The notes below the pieces were generated by a model that saw nothing but the letters and a program-made list of their open reading frames with translations, ran no database searches and had not been told where the DNA came from. Below, one piece after another: positions 1-6,621 of a DNA stretch of 14,389 bases; the stretch's first letter is position 1; every line of letters starts with the position of its first letter. This stretch comes from a bacterium. Its GTDB lineage: Bacteria > Bacteroidota > Ignavibacteria > UBA10030. The translations under genes were made by a program, and so were the position numbers. The stretch covers positions 1 to 14,389 of the forward strand of contig JAZDJN010000009.1 in the NCBI GenBank assembly GCA_043803945.1. The letters run 5' to 3'.

Positions 1-136
1 GCCGTGAACTTAGTACGACGTGTTCCCACGTCTTACCTCACGGTGGCTTCGACTTGAACGACAAATTTCGCCGTATGGTTCTTTCATCCATATAGGTATT
101 TTGTTATGTTGTTGCTACGCACGCCTCGTGGCGTAC
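1..136 (-). mobile_element. Probable group II intron, 5' end/domain I (truncated by the window edge; RT ORF and domains II-VI would lie beyond position 1)
   Basis: The minus strand from 136 begins GUACG (GUGYG-like 5' end), exactly where identity to the repeat copy at 14297-14389 stops. It continues with hairpin UAUGG-AUGAAAGAA-CCAUA (92-74), hairpin CGGC-GAAAUUU-GUCG (73-59), AGCC (48-45), ACC-GUGA-GGU (44-35), GACGUG-GGAA-CACGUC (32-17, GNRA loop) and GGC (3-1), which can pair with GCC (47-45). This order resembles IA/IB/IC with epsilon' and theta of bacterial (IIC-like) introns. The comparison is from memory, not a search. Confidence 0.68.
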
Positions 137-269
137 CAAAGGACACTAAGGATGCGAAGAATAAAAAGAAAAAGGAGTAATGGAAATTTAAATTAATTCA
201 ACAGTTTTTCCTTTATGTCCTTTGTGAACTTTGTGGTTTGATTATGTTCTTAACTTTTCGGCCAGTTCT
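137..269. mobile_element. MITE/REP-like palindromic element A (left end displaced by the intron insertion)
   Basis: Left heptamers are [ca]caaag 137-141, cactaag 144-150 and tgcgaag 153-159, followed by an AT-rich core. Inverted heptamers are ctttatg 211-217, ctttgtg 220-226 and ctttgtg 229-235. The terminal repeat acttttcggccagttct is at 253-269, then CTAG 270-273. Positions 137-229 match 14297-14389 at 92/93. Confidence 0.8.
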
Positions 270-273
270 CTAG

Positions 274-446
274 AGACCCGGTTGAAAAGTATAGGAAATA
301 ATTTAACCACCAAGAAACACGAAGGAAGAACTGTAAAAATGATAAAATTTCGAATCAATTTAATTTCATTTTATACTTTGTGTCCTTCGTTCCTTCTTCG
401 TGCTCTTCGTGTAACATCTTCGTGGTTGGACTTTTTGTCCAAGCTT
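274..446. mobile_element. MITE/REP-like palindromic element B (173 bp), flanked by CTAG 270-273 and CTAG 447-450
   Basis: Ends are agacccggttgaaaagt (274-290) and actttttgtccaagctt (430-446). Heptamers caccaag 308-314 and cacgaag 318-324 face ctttgtg 376-382, cttcgtt 385-391 and cttcgtg at 396-402, 405-411 and 418-424. The core is AT-rich. Confidence 0.8.
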
Positions 447-932
447 CTAGTTCTTTGGTAATTGATTCAGGGCTTTGTCAATAATTTTTTTATGCCTCTC
501 GGTATCGAGGGTTTCATCGAGAATTTTCCCCGCGGCCCGGATTGCCAGATCAGCTACTTCATTTCGAAGCTGCAGTTTCGCCGCATCGATGTCGCGCTGA
601 AGTTCATCCTTTGCCGCCAGCAGTTCACGCTGAGCCTGATGATGTGCTTTTTGCACAATCTCCTCTTTTAATTTCTCAGCGAGGGACTTTCCTTCCCGAA
701 TAATTTTTTGAAATTCCTCCTCTGCACGGGCAAGGTTTTGCTCATTCTGCTTGAGAAGCTGTGCCGCTTCTGCACGCGCCTTTTCGGCCTGACTCAGGGC
801 GGAACGAATTCCGTCTTCACGATCCTGAAGGCTTTTCAGCAACGGCTTCCACGCATATTTCCCTAACACCAGTGCAAGGAGGACAAACGTGACAATTGTC
901 CAGATCATCAATCCCGGATTAATATCAAACAT
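447..932 (-). CDS. atpF: F0F1 ATP synthase subunit b
   Basis: 161 aa with a single N-terminal TM helix (INPGLMIWTIVTFVLL...KYAWKP) followed by a long charged coiled coil; lies directly after atpE. Confidence 0.96.
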   Translation of the reverse strand: MFDINPGLMIWTIVTFVLLALVLGKYAWKPLLKSLQDREDGIRSALSQAEKARAEAAQLLKQNEQNLARAEEEFQKIIREGKSLAEKLKEEIVQKAHHQAQRELLAAKDELQRDIDAAKLQLRNEVADLAIRAAGKILDETLDTERHKKIIDKALNQLPKN

Positions 933-949
933 ATCGTCGGGGCCCTTAC

Positions 950-1186
950 TTACTTGACTGCGAGAATTATACAGACTGCAAGGGCAAAAAATGTTGCACC
1001 TTCAATGAGTGTTGCCGCAATCAGCATGGATGTTCGTACCTGGCCTGCCACTTCGGGTTGACGTCCGCTGGCATCCATAGCTGCAGCCGCAAGCTTACCT
1101 ATACCGAATGATGCGCCGAGCACCACGAGGCCTGCACCGAATCCCGCCGCAAGATATCCTAAAGCAATTGCTAATGAACCTTCCAT
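950..1186 (-). CDS. atpE: F0F1 ATP synthase subunit c (probably H+-coupled)
   Basis: 78 aa hairpin with a Gly-rich first helix, RQPE loop and conserved Glu in LIEGA. It lacks the E-S/T signature of Na+ c-rings. RBS AGGAGG on the minus strand at 1194-1199. Confidence 0.97.
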   Translation of the reverse strand: MEGSLAIALGYLAAGFGAGLVVLGASFGIGKLAAAAMDASGRQPEVAGQVRTSMLIAATLIEGATFFALAVCIILAVK

Positions 1187-1242
1187 TGTAATTCCTCCTA
1201 CGTGTTACGAGAATAAATGAGTTTCATGTTAATTAACTACGA

Positions 1243-2175
1243 TCAGTGTGCATGTTCCGTTTCTTCGTGAGCATGCTCCGCTTGCATCCCCAGTCCCATA
1301 AATAACGAGGTGAGCATCGTGAAGACATACGCCTGCAGGAATGCCACAAAGAGCTCGAGCATATTAATTCCGAGGACAAAGAGAATCGGAATTGGGGCGA
1401 TGACCGGTGATCGGAACAGGAAGATCATCCCGATCAAAGAAAGAATGACAATATGCCCGCCAGTCATATTCGCGAACAAACGGATACAGAGTGCAAATGG
1501 CTTGGTAAACAATCCGAGAATTTCTATGGGAATCATAATCGGCCACAAGAGAACGGGAACACCCCCGGTCAAGTGAGCCAGATAGTGCTTTATTCCCTGT
1601 GCCCGGATTGCAGAAAATTGAATCATGAGAAATGCAATGAAGGCAAGGCCGGCCGTTACGGAAACATTTGAGGTGGCTGTTACACCGAAAGGAATGAGTC
1701 CGAGCAAATTCAGAATGAGAATGAAAAAGAAAGTGGTGAGGAGGTACGATAGATACTTCATGCCACCCGGCCCCATATTAGGTAATGCAATTTCATCACG
1801 GATAAAGACGATGAAGACTTCAACAAGATTTCCAATTCCAGTTGGGACTGCAGCCTTCCGGTTTTTTCTCGCTGTATAGGTCGTCAGCAGAATCACCAGC
1901 AGTGCTGAGAACAGGAGAAAGAAGACATGCTTAGAGATAGAGAGATCGATAGAGAGACCGCCGATGTGGAGTGGAGCGAAATGCGGAAGCTCGATGTGCC
2001 CCCAGGGAAGTTCAAGCTCCTGAGAGTTCTTCATGTGATCGAGCAAGTGGCTGAACTCGAATTTTTCTCCATGTCCACCCGCAGAGAGCGCAGCCGCCTG
2101 TACAGTATCAGCCGCAGCCCGACTTGCGTGTTTCAGGGTATCGAGCACCATTGTAGGATCAGAATTCCACATCAT
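1243..2175 (-). CDS. atpB: F0F1 ATP synthase subunit a
   Basis: Contains NLLGLIP, KPFALCIRLFANMTGGH (essential Arg) and ELFVAFLQAYVF, plus a His/Glu-rich C-terminal tail. The exact start codon is uncertain. Confidence 0.96.
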   Translation of the reverse strand: MMWNSDPTMVLDTLKHASRAAADTVQAAALSAGGHGEKFEFSHLLDHMKNSQELELPWGHIELPHFAPLHIGGLSIDLSISKHVFFLLFSALLVILLTTYTARKNRKAAVPTGIGNLVEVFIVFIRDEIALPNMGPGGMKYLSYLLTTFFFILILNLLGLIPFGVTATSNVSVTAGLAFIAFLMIQFSAIRAQGIKHYLAHLTGGVPVLLWPIMIPIEILGLFTKPFALCIRLFANMTGGHIVILSLIGMIFLFRSPVIAPIPILFVLGINMLELFVAFLQAYVFTMLTSLFMGLGMQAEHAHEETEHAH

Positions 2176-2181
2176 ACTGAG

Positions 2182-2565
2182 TTATACCTTTAATGCTACT
2201 TTTTTCTGCAGATAGTAAATCTCAAGCACCAGATTCAACGCGTAAAACACGAGCAACGACAACATGAACGAGAGTGGATCAAATTGCAGAATTTTTATCA
2301 GGACAATAACAATTGAGATCAAGAGCGCTAACCGAACCACCGAACCGATAAGGATAATTTTCAGGAACTTTGTATGCGACATTGGAAAACCCCACTCGAT
2401 CGCAATATAGCTTAAAAACTGGTTCACCAGCATCGAAAGCCCGCTGGCAAAAACACTGACTGCAAGTGTGCGGTTCCCGATTGCCTCAAAAAAAACCGCT
2501 CCCAGACAGGCAGGGAGAAATAACACCAACGTCATTAACACGATAAACGATCGATCGAACTTCAC
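2182..2565 (-). CDS. atpI: ATP synthase protein I-like membrane protein (about 4 TM helices)
   Basis: 127 aa, very hydrophobic, GTG start, immediately upstream of atpB. Assigned by position and hydropathy. Confidence 0.72.
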   Translation of the reverse strand: MKFDRSFIVLMTLVLFLPACLGAVFFEAIGNRTLAVSVFASGLSMLVNQFLSYIAIEWGFPMSHTKFLKIILIGSVVRLALLISIVIVLIKILQFDPLSFMLSLLVFYALNLVLEIYYLQKKVALKV

Positions 2566-2567
2566 TG

Positions 2568-2843
2568 TTACTCTTTATGACTCGATTTCTCTAAGTACGC
2601 AGCAGTTTTAAAAAACTTGATCATCCCGCCGATTGCCCCAAGGAAGATCCCAAGGAGTTTACAGAGCGGCGATGAATTCCAGATCCCATCCAGCCACCAG
2701 CCAAGAAGAAAGAACAACATAATAGCTGCAGCAAGCTGAAATCCCATAGTCAAATATGGGCCAAAGTCACGATACACTTGTCCGAACCCCGGCAACAGCT
2801 CAGGCTTGCGATCCTGCTCAGACTTATTGGATTCGGAAGACAT
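2568..2843 (-). CDS. AtpZ/AtpI-family (ATPase gene 1) two-TM protein
   Basis: Has the pattern G-x-x-L-A...LLGWWLDGIWNSSP...LLGIFLG typical of the family. ATG at 2843 has a GGAG RBS at 2851-2854 and is preferred over the GTG at 2870. Confidence 0.85.
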   Translation of the reverse strand: MSSESNKSEQDRKPELLPGFGQVYRDFGPYLTMGFQLAAAIMLFFLLGWWLDGIWNSSPLCKLLGIFLGAIGGMIKFFKTAAYLEKSSHKE

Positions 2844-2881
2844 CGCACCACTCCAATCGCTGCGAAGCACTTAAGATAATA

Positions 2882-3247
2882 TTAATGCCGGGAATCCTGT
2901 GAATACGGCGTTGACTTCTCGGACATGTTCACTTTGCCATCGAACTTACACCCCTCATCGATGACGAGTGTGGCTGCCCGGATATCCCCTTTCACCACCG
3001 CCTTACCCTCAAAGACAAGTTTTTCAGAGGCAGTAATGGCACCATGGACTTTCCCACCGACCGTGACATTCTTGGCCGTGGTATTACCTTCAATCTCTCC
3101 GGTAAGTCCAACAGCAAGATTTTCACTCGCGGTAACATCTCCCACAAGTTTTCCGTCGATGCGCACACTTCCCTGGCTCTTGATCTTTCCTTCGACAACT
3201 GTACCAGCGCCGATAAGATTCAACTCTTTAACCGGATCGGTTTTCAC
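2882..3247 (-). CDS. Bactofilin (polymer-forming cytoskeletal protein, CcmA-like)
   Basis: Beta-helix repeats NLIGAGTVVEGKI...VRIDGKLVGDV...VTVGGKVHGAI...VKGDI...LVIDEGCKFDGKVNM. GTG start with an AGAGGT RBS upstream. Confidence 0.93.
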   Translation of the reverse strand: MKTDPVKELNLIGAGTVVEGKIKSQGSVRIDGKLVGDVTASENLAVGLTGEIEGNTTAKNVTVGGKVHGAITASEKLVFEGKAVVKGDIRAATLVIDEGCKFDGKVNMSEKSTPYSQDSRH

Positions 3248-3257
3248 AGGAGCACCT

Positions 3258-4142
3258 CTAAAAATTGTAGTTTAACATGTACTGCGATGGATTCACCGGA
3301 GAACCATCTTTCCAAATTTCAAAGTGCAGGTGCGGACCAGCGCTTGTTTCGCCCGTATTGCCGAGGTGAGCAATTGCCTCACCCCGCCTGACGAATGCAC
3401 CCGGTGTCCGTAATAAAAACTGGTTGTGTTTATAAAAGGTGAGATATCCTCCTGCATGCGAGATAATCACCTTATAGCCATCATCGCTTGTCCAGCCGGC
3501 AAACACGATATTACCATCAGCGGCAGCCTGCACCAGCGTTCCTGTTTTCCCCGCTATATCAAGGCCAAAATGGTTGCGTGCGGGATCGAATCTTCTCGAA
3601 ATATATCCTTCTGTCGGCATTATCACCGGAAAGGCAGTCACTCTGGGATCATTTCTGAGTTGTTCCGTGGTGCCGGATTGCCTCTGTGAAGGATTGACTG
3701 TTTTACTCTGCCCCTCACGCTTCTGTCCATTTTCGCTCCGGTTCGATGCATCATCGAGAGTGGAGGAACGTGATGAGAGGTTACGGAGAGAGTCTTTTCC
3801 TGTCGGTTTCTCACCGAGCGCTCTCCGTAAACGCGTATTATACTCACTCAGGACGACCATCTGCTCTGCCATTCCTGTCATCCGCTCACTTAAGCCGACA
3901 ATTTGTTTACCGTAGCGGTTTTCAAGTTCCGGATTGGAAATGGGCACAAGGCCGCCAAGTGGTGTATAGATGAGGATCAGAAGCACAACACCAACAACAA
4001 CTATAATAGACCCTGAGAGCAGTGCTATAACCTGCCAGAGAGAGAAACGAATTCGACGAGATTCACCGGCATCTCCACTTGGAACAAGGAGAAGATCGTA
4101 ACGTATTTTTTTTGACTTATGATGTTGTCGCTCGTCTGCCAT
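3258..4142 (-). CDS. M23 family (LytM) metallopeptidase with N-terminal TM helix and coiled coil
   Basis: Motifs HFGLD (HxxxD), YKHN and GPHLHFEI (HxH); TM segment LWQVIALLSG...LILI. ATG at 4142 (MADER) with GAAGG upstream is preferred over 4160. Confidence 0.93.
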   Translation of the reverse strand: MADERQHHKSKKIRYDLLLVPSGDAGESRRIRFSLWQVIALLSGSIIVVVGVVLLILIYTPLGGLVPISNPELENRYGKQIVGLSERMTGMAEQMVVLSEYNTRLRRALGEKPTGKDSLRNLSSRSSTLDDASNRSENGQKREGQSKTVNPSQRQSGTTEQLRNDPRVTAFPVIMPTEGYISRRFDPARNHFGLDIAGKTGTLVQAAADGNIVFAGWTSDDGYKVIISHAGGYLTFYKHNQFLLRTPGAFVRRGEAIAHLGNTGETSAGPHLHFEIWKDGSPVNPSQYMLNYNF

Positions 4143-4216
4143 AGCACCTTCGTATCTCACCCCACTGCATCTAAAAAGAAGCCCGTAATGGCTTTCCTTC
4201 TCAAAAATGGCTTGAA

Positions 4217-4245
4217 AATATAAAGAAAAGAGCCCCTAAAGTCAA
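4217..4245 (-). promoter_or_regulatory. Putative sigma70 promoter for the M23-bactofilin-atp operon
   Basis: Minus strand TTGACT (4245-4240), 17-nt spacer, TATATT (4222-4217), about 75 nt upstream of the M23 start. Confidence 0.6.
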
Positions 4246-4344
4246 AAACTTTCTCGGTGTAAATCTATGAATTTTAAGCACTTGAAGAGATACAGAGCAC
4301 CATCTCTGCATTCGCTCCGTTCTGGAAAGAGGATCTGCAGCCGC

Positions 4345-5466
4345 TCAGACGTCAAAGTGGAGAGCAATTTTCTCCTCAATGTAATCAGCGATTTTTTTCT
4401 TGAAGGAGTCACGATTAAAGAGCGCGGCATGAGAACGGATTGCTGATGGATTAAATGATCGTGACTGGAGTTGTTCCATCGCGGCAAGCAAAGCCTGTAC
4501 CGTTTGCTCCCGGAAGAAAACTCCTGTCGGATGATCTCCCTCGCCGACAACAGTCTCAAGCGCTCCCCCCTCGCCCAAAGCAATAATCGGTTTTCCGCAT
4601 GCCATTGCCTCAAGCGGAACAATGCCGAAGTCCTCCACTCCGGGAAAGAGAAGTGCGTGACAGCGTGAATATAATCTGACGAGCTCTTCATCGGATTGCC
4701 AACCGAGGAATTCGACGTTCTTCGGCGCCATCGCCTGCAGCTTTTCACTCTCAGGCCCCCGGCCAACGATGATGAGCCGCTCTGGCCTGAAACGAAATGC
4801 TTCAATCGCAAGGTCGATTCGTTTGTAGGGTACCAGTGCACTGACGATCAGGAAGTAACCATCATCCTGTTTCGAAAGCTGGAACTTTTCCATATCGACG
4901 GGAGCGCAGAGAATATCAGCAGAACGATGATAATAGTACTGAATCCGGTTGGCAACATTTCTTGAGTTGGCAAGAAAATAATGTACGCGGTTGCAGGTGT
5001 TAACATCCCATGCACGCAGCTTCGGTGCAACGACTGCCATCGCTGTTCGCATAATAAATCCCGCTCGCCCCGGACCGAAGTATTCATCATAGAGTTCCCA
5101 GACATATCGCATCGGCGTGTGACAGTAACAGATGTGGAGAGCATTCGTTGCAGGAAGTGCTCCCTTTGCAACACAATGGCTCGTTGAAAGAATAAGATCG
5201 TAATCGTGGAAATCGAACGACTCGATGGCGAGGGGGAACAATGGAAGATAATGCCGATACCTGGTCGTCTTCAAAGGAAGTCGATCGATAAATGAAGTTC
5301 GAAGCTCATGGGATTCGATCGTCGATGAAACGGATCCTTTGTTATGGAGCAGGGTGAAGAGCGTTGCTTGTGGATAAAGTTCACAGAGCACTTCCAGTAC
5401 CTTTTCACCGCCGCGCATACCGGTGAGCCAATCATGTACAAGGGCAATCCGTAGAGAGGAATTCAT
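4345..5466 (-). CDS. Glycosyltransferase family 4 (GT-B fold)
   Basis: N-terminal ALVHDWLTGMRGGEKVL, YCHTPMRY, YKRIDLAI and the EDFGIVPLEAMACGKP (E-x7-E) motif. Confidence 0.93.
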   Translation of the reverse strand: MNSSLRIALVHDWLTGMRGGEKVLEVLCELYPQATLFTLLHNKGSVSSTIESHELRTSFIDRLPLKTTRYRHYLPLFPLAIESFDFHDYDLILSTSHCVAKGALPATNALHICYCHTPMRYVWELYDEYFGPGRAGFIMRTAMAVVAPKLRAWDVNTCNRVHYFLANSRNVANRIQYYYHRSADILCAPVDMEKFQLSKQDDGYFLIVSALVPYKRIDLAIEAFRFRPERLIIVGRGPESEKLQAMAPKNVEFLGWQSDEELVRLYSRCHALLFPGVEDFGIVPLEAMACGKPIIALGEGGALETVVGEGDHPTGVFFREQTVQALLAAMEQLQSRSFNPSAIRSHAALFNRDSFKKKIADYIEEKIALHFDV

Positions 5467-5645
5467 CAGGCAAATCCATGCTGTTCACTGGTCCGGTAAA
5501 AGTACAACGAATTCCTATCACATCAAAAGAGAATCCTGGACGATCTCCGGGAACTGTCGAACCTTGCATGCCATTGTACCCATGAGTATATTGCTGATGG
5601 TTGGTTACCGGAAACCCTCATCGTGACAGGAATGCAAGAGTCCTC

Positions 5646-6560
5646 ATGCCGTTGATCCTCTCCATCATTCTGCTCGCTTTTCTGTTTCTTCTCTCAGTAT
5701 CTATTATGGTAATCATCCTGGGCCCTCTTCTTATGCTGCAGCCCCGGCTGAGAACACGACAATGGTACAGCACCTTCACCCGGTTACTGGAACCGAATGA
5801 TGCCGGGCTCCCACAGGAGGACATCACTATCACGACGAAGGATGGAATTATTCTCGATGGTTGGCTCGTGCGGAATCCTCGTGGAAAGGGAGGCACGGTT
5901 ATCTATCTCCATGGGATTGGCGATTGCAAGATTGGGGGAGTGCCGTATGCAAAACTCTTCTACGATATGGGCTTTCATGTATTCTTGTACGATTCACGCC
6001 GTCACGGAAAAAGCGGGGGAAGCTATTGCACCTTTGGATTTTATGAGAAGCATGATCTCTCCACCGTTATTGATTTTCTCACCGGGAGAAAAGATTTTCA
6101 AGCCGGAAAGATCGGTGTGTTCGGAACCTCAATGGGCGCTGCAATTGCCCTTCAGGCAGCGGCCCTCGATACCCGCATTGAAGCCATTATCGCTGAGGCA
6201 GGCTTCACCGATTTACGGACGATCACTGTCGATTATCAGAAGCGTATCATCAAACTCCCCTGGCACTTCCTTCGCAATCTCGCTATGATACGATCACAGC
6301 GGATGGCAAAGTTCAAAGCACGACTGGTCACGCCCCTACAGGCCGTGAAGGAAGTACATAAACCCATTCTCTTCATCCACGGAACCGACGATTCCCGTAT
6401 TAGAGCTGAATATTCCCAGGCGCTCTTTGAGAATGCAAACGAGCCCAAAGAACTTATACTTATTCCCAAAGGCAATCATACCGATTTGCTCAATGTCGGC
6501 GGCAGCGAGTATGAAGAACGCATTACGTCATTTTTTGAACACCATCTTCGCCCGGCATGA
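5646..6560 (+). CDS. Membrane-anchored alpha/beta hydrolase
   Basis: N-terminal TM helix, YLHG oxyanion region, DSRRHGKSGG, nucleophile elbow GTSMG, HGTDD (Asp) and GNH (His). ATG at 5646 is more plausible than TTG at 5601, but the start is uncertain. Confidence 0.88.
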   Translation: MPLILSIILLAFLFLLSVSIMVIILGPLLMLQPRLRTRQWYSTFTRLLEPNDAGLPQEDITITTKDGIILDGWLVRNPRGKGGTVIYLHGIGDCKIGGVPYAKLFYDMGFHVFLYDSRRHGKSGGSYCTFGFYEKHDLSTVIDFLTGRKDFQAGKIGVFGTSMGAAIALQAAALDTRIEAIIAEAGFTDLRTITVDYQKRIIKLPWHFLRNLAMIRSQRMAKFKARLVTPLQAVKEVHKPILFIHGTDDSRIRAEYSQALFENANEPKELILIPKGNHTDLLNVGGSEYEERITSFFEHHLRPA

Positions 6561-6621
6561 CAGAACTCACTATGAAAATTCTCCAGGAAAACACATTCCA
6601 CTTGATCGGAGGTTGAACTCC

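Noticed and set aside
118-122. Alternative intron start at the canonical GUGCG (minus strand 122-118)
   Set aside because: The break in identity with the empty-site copy falls exactly at 136/137, where GUACG begins. A start at 122 would leave 14 unexplained bases.
137-450. CRISPR array interpretation of the repeat/variable-core pattern
   Set aside because: Units are long inverted-repeat elements with degenerate ends, not identical 25-45 bp direct repeats with regular spacers, and no cas genes are present.
231-461. 76-aa plus-strand ORF
   Set aside because: It lies almost entirely within repeat elements A/B, starts at TTG without an RBS and overlaps the atpF stop. It is most likely a chance reading frame.
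4242-4841. 199-aa alternative-frame ORF, and other overlapping or antisense ORFs (e.g. 2925-3275, 5797-6288, 9445-9906, 11668-12291)
   Set aside because: They overlap well-supported genes, have no recognisable motifs and look like shadow ORFs.
6427-6621. 65-aa N-terminal extension of the M28 peptidase in the ORF track
   Set aside because: It overlaps the hydrolase gene by 134 nt. ATG 6622 has a strong RBS and begins a signal peptide.
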